A DNA stretch of 64,000 bases from Bacteroidales bacterium (GTDB lineage: Bacteria > Bacteroidota > Bacteroidia > Bacteroidales > M50B96), in NCBI GenBank assembly GCA_021739985.1, contig JAIPAR010000001.1, positions 7,781-71,780 of the forward strand, written 5' to 3'. Below are positions 48,737-57,020 of the stretch, piece after piece; the first letter of the stretch is position 1; every line of letters begins with the position of its first letter. Made by a program: the position numbers and the translations under genes. The notes under the pieces were generated by a model, which saw only the letters and a list, made by a program, of their open reading frames with translations, had not been told where the DNA came from and did no database searches.

Positions 48737-49145
48737 TAGGGTTACCTTCAGCTTGTTTTTTGAAATAATGGCGGAGAAGCACTTTTTTCAATTCCCTTTT
48801 GATGATTAAATCTGATAAGAGTTCCGAGGTATTAGCTTCCGGATGAAGCAGAATCCCTTTTTCAATTGCGGCAATACTTAAATCGATACGATATAAAAGG
48901 TTAAATAAAACGGAATGTTGGGTATCGAGGATATATTGAAGATGGCCATTCATCTGCCGGAATAATTCGTCGTAAGCTGTATCCGGATTTCCTGAAAAAC
49001 TAATTTCAATCCCAAATTCAGCAAAATCTTTCTGTATTTGCTGGGCGGTTTGACGGATAAACTCCTGTCTTTGATAGTAGTCCTGTAAACCATCCTCCGT
49101 TTGAATGGCTTGCAGCAATTGCTCGTTTGAAGTTGAATCTTCCAT
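48717..49145 (-). CDS. hypothetical cytoplasmic protein
   Basis: 142-aa ORF immediately downstream of the DUF4837-like gene (its start abuts that gene's stop). Its 3' end overlaps the CotH 3' end by 20 nt. Confidence 0.5.
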   Translation of the reverse strand: MEDSTSNEQLLQAIQTEDGLQDYYQRQEFIRQTAQQIQKDFAEFGIEISFSGNPDTAYDELFRQMNGHLQYILDTQHSVLFNLLYRIDLSIAAIEKGILLHPEANTSELLSDLIIKRELKKVLLRHYFKKQAEGNPTNSDSF

Positions 49146-50165
49146 TTATTTGACGTTCACTTCCAGGGATTCATCCAGCGGAAGAATCTCCAGGGAATTT
49201 AATATTGCTTCCAGTTGCCTGATATAATTGCGCTTTTCTTCTTTGGGTGCATACACATAACCTTCCACAGTCACAACCCTTTGCCGTAAAGTATCAATGG
49301 TTGTTCGGCTGATAAAGGGGCCTCCCATAAAATCCGGGCCGGCGAGTTCCCACAAACCTCTCAGTTCCACCATATACAAGCTATCTTTCATAAATGCTCG
49401 TGTTTCAATGGGCAATTCGATTTGCGTTGACATATACGAACCTTCAGTTGGGCCTGGAACATATTTACGAAGAAAAAAATTTCTTTTTGCAATCAGATTT
49501 TCTTTCTTCAATTGGTCTTCAGAAACATAATCATAATAATACACAAATAACCCTTGTGAATGCTTGGGCGTTTCCAGCGTAATCCAGGCGAAATTACCTT
49601 GCTCTACATCATACACGTACCCTTTGGGTACAGTCATATACAAAGCGTGGTGTTTTTTAATCTTGTCACCTATTTCAATTTCCTCATAGCTCTTATAATT
49701 CGATATAATTCGAGCTAACTCAGCGGCTATAAATCTATCCCGGATTTGTGGGCCATAGTTTTGCAGCACTTCTTTGAGTTTTTCAGCAGAGCCCACTTTA
49801 ATATCAACAACCAATTGCGGTTTTGCATACACATTGGATGAATACAAAATACTTTCCTTCCGGTTATCAGGATTAATGTCGATACGAAAAATATTACGAT
49901 GGGTTCGGAAAAGATTATTAAAGGCGGAGGAAGGGATTTGAGCAAGGTCAAAGACAGGCTCTGATTGGGTTAATCCTTCCATATCAGCTGCGAAAATTTT
50001 CGTCATCATTAATCCCGGTTCTGCTTCCCAGAAGCCATCTTCCATCACAAGCACAATCTCATAAGCCTTCCCGGTAATGGTTGGCATTAGCATAGTGTCG
50101 TCGGTTTCGCAACTGCTGAAAGAGATGAGCAGAATCATCCAAAAGCTAATCAGATACTTGTTCAT
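49146..50165 (-). CDS. DUF4837-like lipoprotein
   Basis: Start at ATG 50165 gives MNKYLISFWMILLISFSSC (lipobox). The GKAYEIVLVMEDGFWE...EPVFDLAQIP...HRNIF pattern is recalled from DUF4837 proteins. Confidence 0.6.
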   Translation of the reverse strand: MNKYLISFWMILLISFSSCETDDTMLMPTITGKAYEIVLVMEDGFWEAEPGLMMTKIFAADMEGLTQSEPVFDLAQIPSSAFNNLFRTHRNIFRIDINPDNRKESILYSSNVYAKPQLVVDIKVGSAEKLKEVLQNYGPQIRDRFIAAELARIISNYKSYEEIEIGDKIKKHHALYMTVPKGYVYDVEQGNFAWITLETPKHSQGLFVYYYDYVSEDQLKKENLIAKRNFFLRKYVPGPTEGSYMSTQIELPIETRAFMKDSLYMVELRGLWELAGPDFMGGPFISRTTIDTLRQRVVTVEGYVYAPKEEKRNYIRQLEAILNSLEILPLDESLEVNVK

Positions 50166-50602
50166 TTTATTTGCTTTATGACGGCAGGAAATCATTGACC
50201 TTAAATGAAGTACATTGGTTCCGATGAATTCACAGAGTCTGTTTCGTTCATCAACGAAAATACGAGGTTTTTCGTTTATCTGATTAGCATTTTTTTCCCT
50301 TTTTTCGACCAACTATGGACTTAGAATAGCCAGGAATAAACTCATAGGCTCCAATCACTCATTTATTGCATAGACAGCCTCTAACTATCTTATTTTTACA
50401 TCTGTATGATACAGTTCTTTGATTCTCTTTAATTGCTTTGGTCGTTATTCCTTTAAAACATGAACACCAAGATCCTACCTGTTCATCGTGTCACTTCCCT
50501 CCTCTAATCAGGAATTGCATCATACAGGTCCTGAGAAACCTATTCCCACTGTTTGAAAATATTTTGGGGCTTTTATTTTCAGCAGCTGCAATTCAGGGCC
50601 TT

Positions 50603-50828
50603 AAAAGAGAGCGCTCTCTGTGAAGAAAGCGCTCTTTGTTTTTATATCCTGCCACATATCTGGCGAATTGTAACCACCCTTTTGTCTCCTTATCTTCAAT
50701 AAAAAAAAGCCTCTGTGAAGAAAGCGCTCTTTGTTTTTATATCCTGCCAGATATCAAATGGCCCTATAATCTCGCCGCTTCCTTAAATCCACAAAAAAAG
50801 CGCCTCTGTGAAGAAAGCGCTTTTGATT
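50603..50828. repeat. three spaced copies of a hairpin element with a conserved loop (CTCTGTGAAGAAA)
   Basis: The core CTCTGTGAAGAAAGCGCT occurs at 50616-50633, 50711-50728 and 50804-50821. Copies 1 and 2 extend to 45 nt with 44 identical (50616-60 vs 50711-55). Stems are AGAGCGC/GCGCTCT in copy 1 and AAAAGCGC/GCGCTTTT in copy 3. All copies are flanked by A or T runs. Confidence 0.9.
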
Positions 50829-50848
50829 ATGTCGGTAATTATCGGTTT

Positions 50849-52210
50849 TTAATGCGTGTGAATTGATTTCATCGTTTCCTGAAAATCAGCATGTGATAAT
50901 TCAATCACATCCAGTTTCAATAGATTTTTAAATGCCTGATGAATTTTTTCATCCCGTTTTGATTCAGCAATACGTCGTTTTTGCTCCGCATTTTCCAGCA
51001 CTTGTTTGGCGAATTTCTCCAATTCTTCTTCCGGAAGCGAAGAGAACCCATATTGACGGAATTGAGCCAATGTAATCTCTTTGGCCATTTCCATCATATC
51101 ATCTTGACTAACAGTAACGCTCTCTTTTTCAGCAACTTTATCTTTAATAATCTGCCATGCTAAATCACGTTCAAATGCTGGCCAATCCTTTTCAATCTCC
51201 TCAGCACTCAATTTTTCGTTCGTTTTTTCCAACCAACGTTTCAGGAAAGCAGCCGGCAGCTCCAGATTAAAATGTTCCAGCATTTTATCATGCAAATCCT
51301 GAACGAATTTAAATTCAGATTCATAATCAAAATCCCTTTCGATTTCAGCCTTCAAACGAGCATGAAACTCTTCTTCGGAATTAACTTCTCCGGGACCATA
51401 GATTTTATCGAATAAATCCTGATTCACTTCGGATTCTCCCCAGTTGGAAATATCTTTTATCTCCAGGTTAAAATCTCCTGTTAAGGATGCTGCCAGCGAT
51501 TTATCAATTTTCAACATAGCAGCTAAATCAGTTGCATTGGTGAAACATTTTTCAATCGTAATGCGTAAGGTATCACCCACTTTTTTGCCGTTAAATGATT
51601 CTTTGGTATCAGCATCAGCGATTTTGGTAACAATAAAGCTGGCTTTTTCGATGGATAATCCACCTTCCAACACATTTCCAGACTCATCCAGTTGGGTAAA
51701 ATCAACCTCAATCATAGAAGCAACATTTGCTTCGGAAGCTGATTTCATCTCTCCAAAATTGACAGCATAGGAATGAACGCGTTCTTGAATCAATTCATCA
51801 TTGACTTGAATTTTATAATAAGGTACGCTATACTCATCCGTGAAAGTCAAATCAATATCCGGACCGAAACCCAGATCAAACTGAAAATCAAAATTACCCG
51901 GTACTTCCCAATTGATTTCGGGCTGACCCAGGCTGGGAAGAGGATCACCCAGGACGTTTAATCGTTCGGTAACGATGTGATTATAAAGTGCATCACTCAG
52001 AATTTTATTCACTTCTTCAACCAATGCAGAAGTTCCATACATCTTTTTTACCAAGCCCATGGGAACCATTCCTTTACGGAAGCCTTTCATATCAACTTTC
52101 TTCCGAATAGTCTTTAATGCTTCATTCCATTTGGAATCATAATCTTCCGGAGCCAGATTAATAGTAAGTAACCCGTTTAAGTGGTCAATTTTTTCAACTG
52201 TAATGTTCAT
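50849..52210 (-). CDS. tig: trigger factor
   Basis: 453 aa, MNITVEKIDHLNGLLTINLAPEDY..., with a ribosome-binding FRKGMVP motif and central PPIase-like and C-terminal arm regions. Confidence 0.93.
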   Translation of the reverse strand: MNITVEKIDHLNGLLTINLAPEDYDSKWNEALKTIRKKVDMKGFRKGMVPMGLVKKMYGTSALVEEVNKILSDALYNHIVTERLNVLGDPLPSLGQPEINWEVPGNFDFQFDLGFGPDIDLTFTDEYSVPYYKIQVNDELIQERVHSYAVNFGEMKSASEANVASMIEVDFTQLDESGNVLEGGLSIEKASFIVTKIADADTKESFNGKKVGDTLRITIEKCFTNATDLAAMLKIDKSLAASLTGDFNLEIKDISNWGESEVNQDLFDKIYGPGEVNSEEEFHARLKAEIERDFDYESEFKFVQDLHDKMLEHFNLELPAAFLKRWLEKTNEKLSAEEIEKDWPAFERDLAWQIIKDKVAEKESVTVSQDDMMEMAKEITLAQFRQYGFSSLPEEELEKFAKQVLENAEQKRRIAESKRDEKIHQAFKNLLKLDVIELSHADFQETMKSIHTH

Positions 52211-52311
52211 GATGACTTTGTTTTATAGTCTCGTTAGTCTCACTTTTATCTCAAAAAAAAACCGCCAAACCTCTTTTGTTCGTTGAAGTTTAGAGCGGTT
52301 TGTTTTTTTCG

Positions 52312-52393
52312 TGCGGATGAAGGGACTCGAACCCCCACGCCGTAAGGCACTAGATCCTAAGTCTAGCGCGGCTACCAATTACGCCACATCCGC
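52312..52393 (-). tRNA. tRNA-Leu (anticodon TAG)
   Basis: The reverse complement is GCGGATG TG GCG TAATTGGTAGC CGC G CTAGA CTTAGGA TCTAG TGCCTTACGGCGT GGGGG TTCGAGT CCCTT CATCCGC A. It folds as a cloverleaf with a 7-bp acceptor stem, a long variable arm and a TTCGAGT T-loop. CCA is not encoded. Confidence 0.88.
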
Positions 52394-52477
52394 GAATTGC
52401 GGGGCAAAGGTACTGCTATTTTTTAAATATCCAAACGAAAGAAACACATGATTACACAATTGACAATCAATTAAATA

Positions 52478-52510
52478 CAAAAATAAAGGGCTGCTTTTAA
52501 GACAGCCCTT
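52478..52510 (-). terminator. intrinsic terminator after the T9SS thioredoxin-like gene
   Basis: The minus strand reads AAGGGCTG-TCTTAAAAG-CAGCCCTT followed by TATTTTTG. Confidence 0.65.
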
Positions 52511-52534
52511 CATGGGTTAATAATCCGAAGTCCG

Positions 52535-53278
52535 TTAGTTTTTCACCAGGCGTTTAGCCATGATTAATTCCTTTCCTCGCATCATTCTTAGTATGTAGAA
52601 TCCTGGTCGAAGCGTAGAGGTAGCTATCGACAAAGAGTGATAACCTTTAGCAGTATTTACTTTTTTAGTTTGAATTTTGTTTCCAAGCACATCGTACAGC
52701 TCAAAGCTAACTTCACCATAAGTAGCTGTTTCATACGAAAGATTAACCAAATTTTGGTTAAACTGTACAGCAATTAAGCGGTCAGAAACCGGGACTCTCT
52801 GCGCCATACTTAGGGTGCTACAGGCATCTACTAATCCGGAAATGTTTTCAACTGTAACCGGCTTAACCATTCCATTGGAGCATACTACAAAATAGCTTGG
52901 AGTGGCTGTCACCTGATAGAGGCTTAATAACTCCTGATTGGAGCCCAATGCAAAGCGAGGATAAGTACCCCCCGAGGAATTAACAAAATCATTAACCTCT
53001 TCAGAGGGGTAACCCAGGGATTCAATCCCCCAGATTACGAGATTTCCGTTAATCCCCCCGTAACTTTGCCAAATATTCTCCAAATAGGCAATATCCGTTT
53101 GGCAAGTTCCACATTGTACGCCAAAAAAGTCGAGCACAACTGTTTTTCCTTGATTCAATTGTTGATATAAATTATAGCTGGTACCTGACACATCAGTCAG
53201 GGTAAAATCGGGAGCTTGCTGCGCCATACCTGAGATTCCAAGTATTAGGCTTATGATGAGTGAATAAATCTTCTTCAT
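52535..53278 (-). CDS. thioredoxin-fold (TlpA/redoxin-like) protein with T9SS C-terminal sorting domain
   Basis: Signal peptide, APDFTLTDVSGTSYNL...VVLDFFGVQCGTCQ (CxxC), and the C-terminal tail SFELYDVLGNKI...PGFYILRMMRG...RLVKN. Confidence 0.8.
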   Translation of the reverse strand: MKKIYSLIISLILGISGMAQQAPDFTLTDVSGTSYNLYQQLNQGKTVVLDFFGVQCGTCQTDIAYLENIWQSYGGINGNLVIWGIESLGYPSEEVNDFVNSSGGTYPRFALGSNQELLSLYQVTATPSYFVVCSNGMVKPVTVENISGLVDACSTLSMAQRVPVSDRLIAVQFNQNLVNLSYETATYGEVSFELYDVLGNKIQTKKVNTAKGYHSLSIATSTLRPGFYILRMMRGKELIMAKRLVKN

Positions 53279-53612
53279 ACGAGCAGTTTTTTAGTCATTT
53301 CCTTTCCGGCTTCGCTCACAAATGACTGATTTTTACTTCTATCAATTAGTTTTTGGATTTCCGTTTACCTGGCAAATCCGTTAATGAACCCTTCAAATTT
53401 TGTTCCTGTTTACTTCATCTGAATAAAAAGTGTAAAATTTTAACACTTTTTATTCTTTCATATGCAATAAAAGCTGCATTAAAGAGCGTCAACAAAAAAA
53501 CAGACGACCAGGATACAAAAAGGTTACACCGATTTTGGGAATAATTTCAATAACTTCTTGATTTAATTAGTTATCAATCTACAGGTATAGTTTTATCTTT
53601 TAGTTATTTAAT

Positions 53613-53620
53613 TATTTTTG
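53613..53620 (+). promoter_or_regulatory. candidate Bacteroidota -7 promoter box (TATTTTTG) for efp
   Basis: Matches TAnnTTTG, 22 nt upstream of the efp ATG. This is an 8-mer match only. Confidence 0.3.
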
Positions 53621-53641
53621 TGGCCTGAAAAAATAATACGT

Positions 53642-54211
53642 ATGGCAACTACAGCAGATATTAAGAATGGATTGTGCATCGAGTTTAATGGAGATTTATA
53701 CACCGTTGTTCAATTCCAACATGTTAAACCGGGTAAAGGAGCAGCATTTGTAAGGACCAAACTTAAAAACATCACATCCGGACGGGTAATCGAAAACACC
53801 TTTAACTCCGGTGTAAAAATTAATCCGATACGGGTTGAACGTCGTCCTTATCAGTATTTATATAAAGATGATGTTGGATTTAATTTGATGCATGCTGAAA
53901 CATTTGAGCAAATTACGCTGGAAGAGCATTTCATCGATCGTCCGGAGTTTATGAAAGAAGGGATGAATGTAGAAGTATTATTCCACTCAGTCAACGAAAC
54001 CCCTTTAACCTGTGACCTCCCTCCATTCGTTGTGATGGAAGTTACCTACTCAGAACCAGGATTAAAAGGTGATACTGCCTCTTCCAATGCCTTGAAACCG
54101 GCAACCATTGAAACGGGAGCTACTGTAATGGTTCCTTTATTTGTTAATACAGGTGAAAAAATTAAAATTGATACACGCACCGGTGATTACGTTGAGCGCG
54201 TCAAAGAATAA
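53642..54211 (+). CDS. efp: translation elongation factor P
   Basis: [43 protein letters not shown]..., 189 aa from ATG 53642. The 53618 start in the ORF track is a TTG extension. Confidence 0.95.
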   Translation: MATTADIKNGLCIEFNGDLYTVVQFQHVKPGKGAAFVRTKLKNITSGRVIENTFNSGVKINPIRVERRPYQYLYKDDVGFNLMHAETFEQITLEEHFIDRPEFMKEGMNVEVLFHSVNETPLTCDLPPFVVMEVTYSEPGLKGDTASSNALKPATIETGATVMVPLFVNTGEKIKIDTRTGDYVERVKE

Positions 54212-54230
54212 CATAACTTATTTTACCACC

Positions 54231-54264
54231 AAAAGGCAGTTTTTCTTAAGAAAAACTGCCTTTT
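54231..54264. terminator. bidirectional intrinsic terminator between efp and purS
   Basis: Perfect 34-nt palindrome AAAAGGCAGTTTTTCTTAAGAAAAACTGCCTTTT, with A/T runs built into both arms. Confidence 0.8.
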
Positions 54265-54270
54265 GGCTTT

Positions 54271-54300
54271 AAAAAAAAGACCGCCCCCACAGAGGCAGTC
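54271..54300 (-). terminator. probable intrinsic terminator after purS
   Basis: The minus strand reads GACTGCC-TCTGTGGG-GGCGGTC (one mismatch) followed by eight T. Confidence 0.5.
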
Positions 54301-54344
54301 TTTACTGAATTGTATTCTGTTCACATTAATAATCGAAAACAATC

Positions 54345-54596
54345 CTAGGCTTTGTTTATTTTGTATTGAAAGCTTTCCATAATAGGATTTGATAAAACCT
54401 TTTTACAGATTTCTTCGGTTTTTTCTTCGGCAATCATCATATCTTCGGCTTCGAGGTCCATAGTGATATGTTTCCCTATCCGTACATTTTCAGCGGTAGA
54501 ATGACCCATATTATGCAGTGTGTTTGTAACTGCCTTACCCTGAGGGTCTAACAATGCTTTGAGGGGCATTACATCAATTTCAACGAGGAATTTCAT
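54345..54596 (-). CDS. purS: phosphoribosylformylglycinamidine synthase subunit PurS
   Basis: 83 aa, MKFLVEIDVMPLKALLDPQGKAVTNTLHNMG...VRIGKHITMDLEA. Confidence 0.9.
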   Translation of the reverse strand: MKFLVEIDVMPLKALLDPQGKAVTNTLHNMGHSTAENVRIGKHITMDLEAEDMMIAEEKTEEICKKVLSNPIMESFQYKINKA

Positions 54597-54682
54597 ATTC
54601 GATATCTTTTAAATTGAAACTCACGAAACCGTTCAGCTTAGTTTTTCAAGCTTTGAAAAAAGGCTGCTCAATTTCAAATGCT

Positions 54683-55432
54683 TCAGGTTAGGTTTGTGTC
54701 TCCTTTATCTTTTGCAAAAATAACATTCAAAATGGATATTAGCACATAGCTTAAGATGATAAAGGGGATTGCATTCAAGAATAATGTTATCAGTAGGACA
54801 AGCGCCGTTCCCAGGAACAAAAATCGAACTTCATTTCCCTTGAATCGAAAGTGCTTAAATTTTAAGGCAAACAAGGGTAATGGGGAAACCAGCAAATAGG
54901 AAAATCCCACAGAGATTCCCAACAAGACATAGGCATTTGTTATCCATTGGTGCAAGTCGAAATTGCCGATGGTCGTGCTTAAGGGAATGGAAGCAATAAG
55001 CATCGCATTAGCTGGCGTAGGCAATCCAATAAAAGAACTGGTTTGCCTTTCATCAATATTAAATTTGGCCAGGCGAAGGGCGGAAAATAAAGCAATCAGA
55101 AAAGGCAAATACATAAGCAACTTATACAGTAAACCATCTCCAGCCCATGATTGCACCGATTGACTTTGTTGTTGCAAAAGGACATAAAGAATGCTGGCTG
55201 GTGCAACACCAAAGCTTACGACATCAGCCAGGGAGTCAAGCTGTTTTCCTAACTCCGAATAGGCTTTTAGCAATCTGGCAGCAAATCCATCCGTAAAATC
55301 AAAAATGGCTGCTATAAAAATGCACCAAGCTGCATGTTCTAAGGAGCCTGTCCAGGCAAATTGAACAGCTAATAAGCCAACCATTAAATTGGTTAATGTG
55401 AGCAAATTAGGAAGATGTTTGTACAGCCTCAT
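54683..55432 (-). CDS. pssA: CDP-diacylglycerol--serine O-phosphatidyltransferase
   Basis: CDP-alcohol phosphatidyltransferase motif DFTDGFAARLL...GKQLDSLADVV in a polytopic protein. Confidence 0.88.
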   Translation of the reverse strand: MRLYKHLPNLLTLTNLMVGLLAVQFAWTGSLEHAAWCIFIAAIFDFTDGFAARLLKAYSELGKQLDSLADVVSFGVAPASILYVLLQQQSQSVQSWAGDGLLYKLLMYLPFLIALFSALRLAKFNIDERQTSSFIGLPTPANAMLIASIPLSTTIGNFDLHQWITNAYVLLGISVGFSYLLVSPLPLFALKFKHFRFKGNEVRFLFLGTALVLLITLFLNAIPFIILSYVLISILNVIFAKDKGDTNLT

Positions 55433-55443
55433 ACACGAATAGA

Positions 55444-55908
55444 TTAGTACTGATTTTTATTTTCCAGCATATCCCAGGTTTTAAATGGGATAAGTTTTTC
55501 ATCTGAATCGACTCGTTGAAACAAGATACTGCGCTGATTATCCGGGAGGTTTATTTCATGATAAATCTGCTCATCATCAAATCCACAGGCGGCAGCTTCC
55601 TGTCGGTTAGCAGCATAATAAACCCTCGAAAGATGAGCCCAGTAAACCGCGCCAAAGCACATAGGACAAGGCTCACAAGAGGAATAAATCTCATAGCCGC
55701 TAAGGTCGATAGTATTAAGAATCTGACAGGCTTTGCGAATCACATTGACTTCAGCATGAGCACTAGGGTCGGTATCAATATGCACGGAATTATGTTCCAG
55801 CGCAATAATTTCATCTCCCTTTACAATGGCAGCAGCAAAAGGACCACCGCCGGAGCGTGCGCTGAGTGCCGCCAGTTCCAGCACCTGACTCATAATCTCC
55901 TTATTCAT
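55444..55908 (-). CDS. CDA-fold nucleoside/guanine deaminase
   Basis: HAEVNVI and CEPCPMC zinc motifs. Start at ATG 55908 (MNKEIMSQVLELA) overlaps the lspA stop by 8 nt. Confidence 0.85.
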   Translation of the reverse strand: MNKEIMSQVLELAALSARSGGGPFAAAIVKGDEIIALEHNSVHIDTDPSAHAEVNVIRKACQILNTIDLSGYEIYSSCEPCPMCFGAVYWAHLSRVYYAANRQEAAACGFDDEQIYHEINLPDNQRSILFQRVDSDEKLIPFKTWDMLENKNQY

Positions 55909-56584
55909 TCTTCCCTTCCTCCTGATTAATAGGACCAGATTCCGCTGGGACATTTGCTTCCTTAGCTGGCAGAAAATCGCTCGTTAAAAAATCACGATGG
56001 AATAATAAAATCGACACAACTCCAAGCGTAATGGAGGTATCAGCCAGATTAAAAACAGGGCGGAAAAATACTAAATGTTCGCCGCCCCAAATTGGAAACC
56101 ACTCCGGAAAGTAAGTATCAATCACCGGGAAATAAAGCATATCAACTACCCGGCCATGTAAAAAGGAAGCATATCCTCCTGCATCCGGAAAAAGCTGTGC
56201 TATTTCACCATATTTTTGATACTCCGAAAAGATAAGACCATAAAAAGCACTATCGAAAATATTCCCGGCTGCACCTGCACAAACCATTGAAATACTAACG
56301 ATTAGTGATGTTTTCACTTCCCGTTTGGAAAGCAAATAAATATAATATCCGATAAAACCCACGGCAATAATCCGGAAAATACTCAGAGCTAATTTACCAA
56401 ATTCTCCTCCGAAAGAAAATCCGAAGGCCATTCCATTGTTTTCGAGAAAATGAATGCGAAACCAATCTCCCAGGACCATGTACTCCTGACCGGGAAACAT
56501 AGTAAGTTTAATCCAGAGCTTACTTATCTGGTCAAGAATCAGAATGGCAGCAATAATCAAGGCTGCCAGTTTAGCTTTTGACAT
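55901..56584 (-). CDS. lspA: lipoprotein signal peptidase II
   Basis: Four TM helices. Motifs NNGMAFGF and FNLADTSITLG. Confidence 0.9.
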   Translation of the reverse strand: MSKAKLAALIIAAILILDQISKLWIKLTMFPGQEYMVLGDWFRIHFLENNGMAFGFSFGGEFGKLALSIFRIIAVGFIGYYIYLLSKREVKTSLIVSISMVCAGAAGNIFDSAFYGLIFSEYQKYGEIAQLFPDAGGYASFLHGRVVDMLYFPVIDTYFPEWFPIWGGEHLVFFRPVFNLADTSITLGVVSILLFHRDFLTSDFLPAKEANVPAESGPINQEEGKNE

Positions 56585-56615
56585 TGTACTTTAAAAATTG
56601 AGAATCCGGCAGGAA

Positions 56616-56990
56616 CTACCGGCTATTTTTGGCTTCAATACTTAGTGTAGCATGAGGAACGGCACGAAGACGCTCTTTGGCAATCAGCTTGCCAGTTTCC
56701 CGGCATACCCCATACGTTTTATTTTCAATGCGGACCAGTGCAGCTTTCAGATGTTGAATAAACTTCTGCTGGCGTTGAGCCAATTTCCCGGACTCTTCTT
56801 TCGACAAGACCGAAGCACCTTCTTCCAACACCTTAAATGTGGGAGAAGTATCCTGGATGTCATTGTCATCCGAATGTGAAATGGAAGATTTCAGCAAATC
56901 ATAATCTCGTTGAGCCTGCTCAAGCTTCTGAAGAATCAGTTCTTTGAACTCCTGAAGCTCTTCATCGGAATATCTAGTCTTTTCAACCAT
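56616..56990 (-). CDS. DksA/TraR family protein (single-Cys, non-canonical zinc-finger region)
   Basis: 124 aa with a coiled-coil N-terminal part. The C-terminal part YGVCRETGKLIAKERLRAVPHATLSIEAK aligns to CxxC..RL...P...C..C but keeps only one Cys. Confidence 0.75.
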   Translation of the reverse strand: MVEKTRYSDEELQEFKELILQKLEQAQRDYDLLKSSISHSDDNDIQDTSPTFKVLEEGASVLSKEESGKLAQRQQKFIQHLKAALVRIENKTYGVCRETGKLIAKERLRAVPHATLSIEAKNSR

Positions 56991-57020
56991 GGCAGTATTT
57001 TTTCTTAAATATAAACAATT

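Noticed and set aside
50603-50828. Possible miniature CRISPR array, suggested by regularly spaced repeats
   Set aside because: There are only three copies, spaced about 94 nt apart, and the repeat length is unequal. Two of the spacers are themselves partly identical. The repeats are flanked by A/T runs like terminators, and there are no cas genes in the window.
50438-50866. Two plus-strand ORFs (61 and 76 aa) in the gap between the DUF4837-like gene and tig
   Set aside because: Their translations run straight through the repeated hairpin elements, and one overlaps the tig 3' end. They have no motifs or convincing starts, so I treat the region as non-coding.
52211-52534. tRNA-Leu as a possible integration site for a mobile element
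   Set aside because: No integrase, no duplicated tRNA 3' fragment and no foreign-looking genes lie on either side. The neighbours are tig and an ordinary T9SS cargo gene.
53353-53544. 63-aa plus-strand ORF in the efp upstream region
   Set aside because: It has a non-ATG start and lysine-rich low-complexity sequence. It spans the palindromic hairpin and has no recognisable features.
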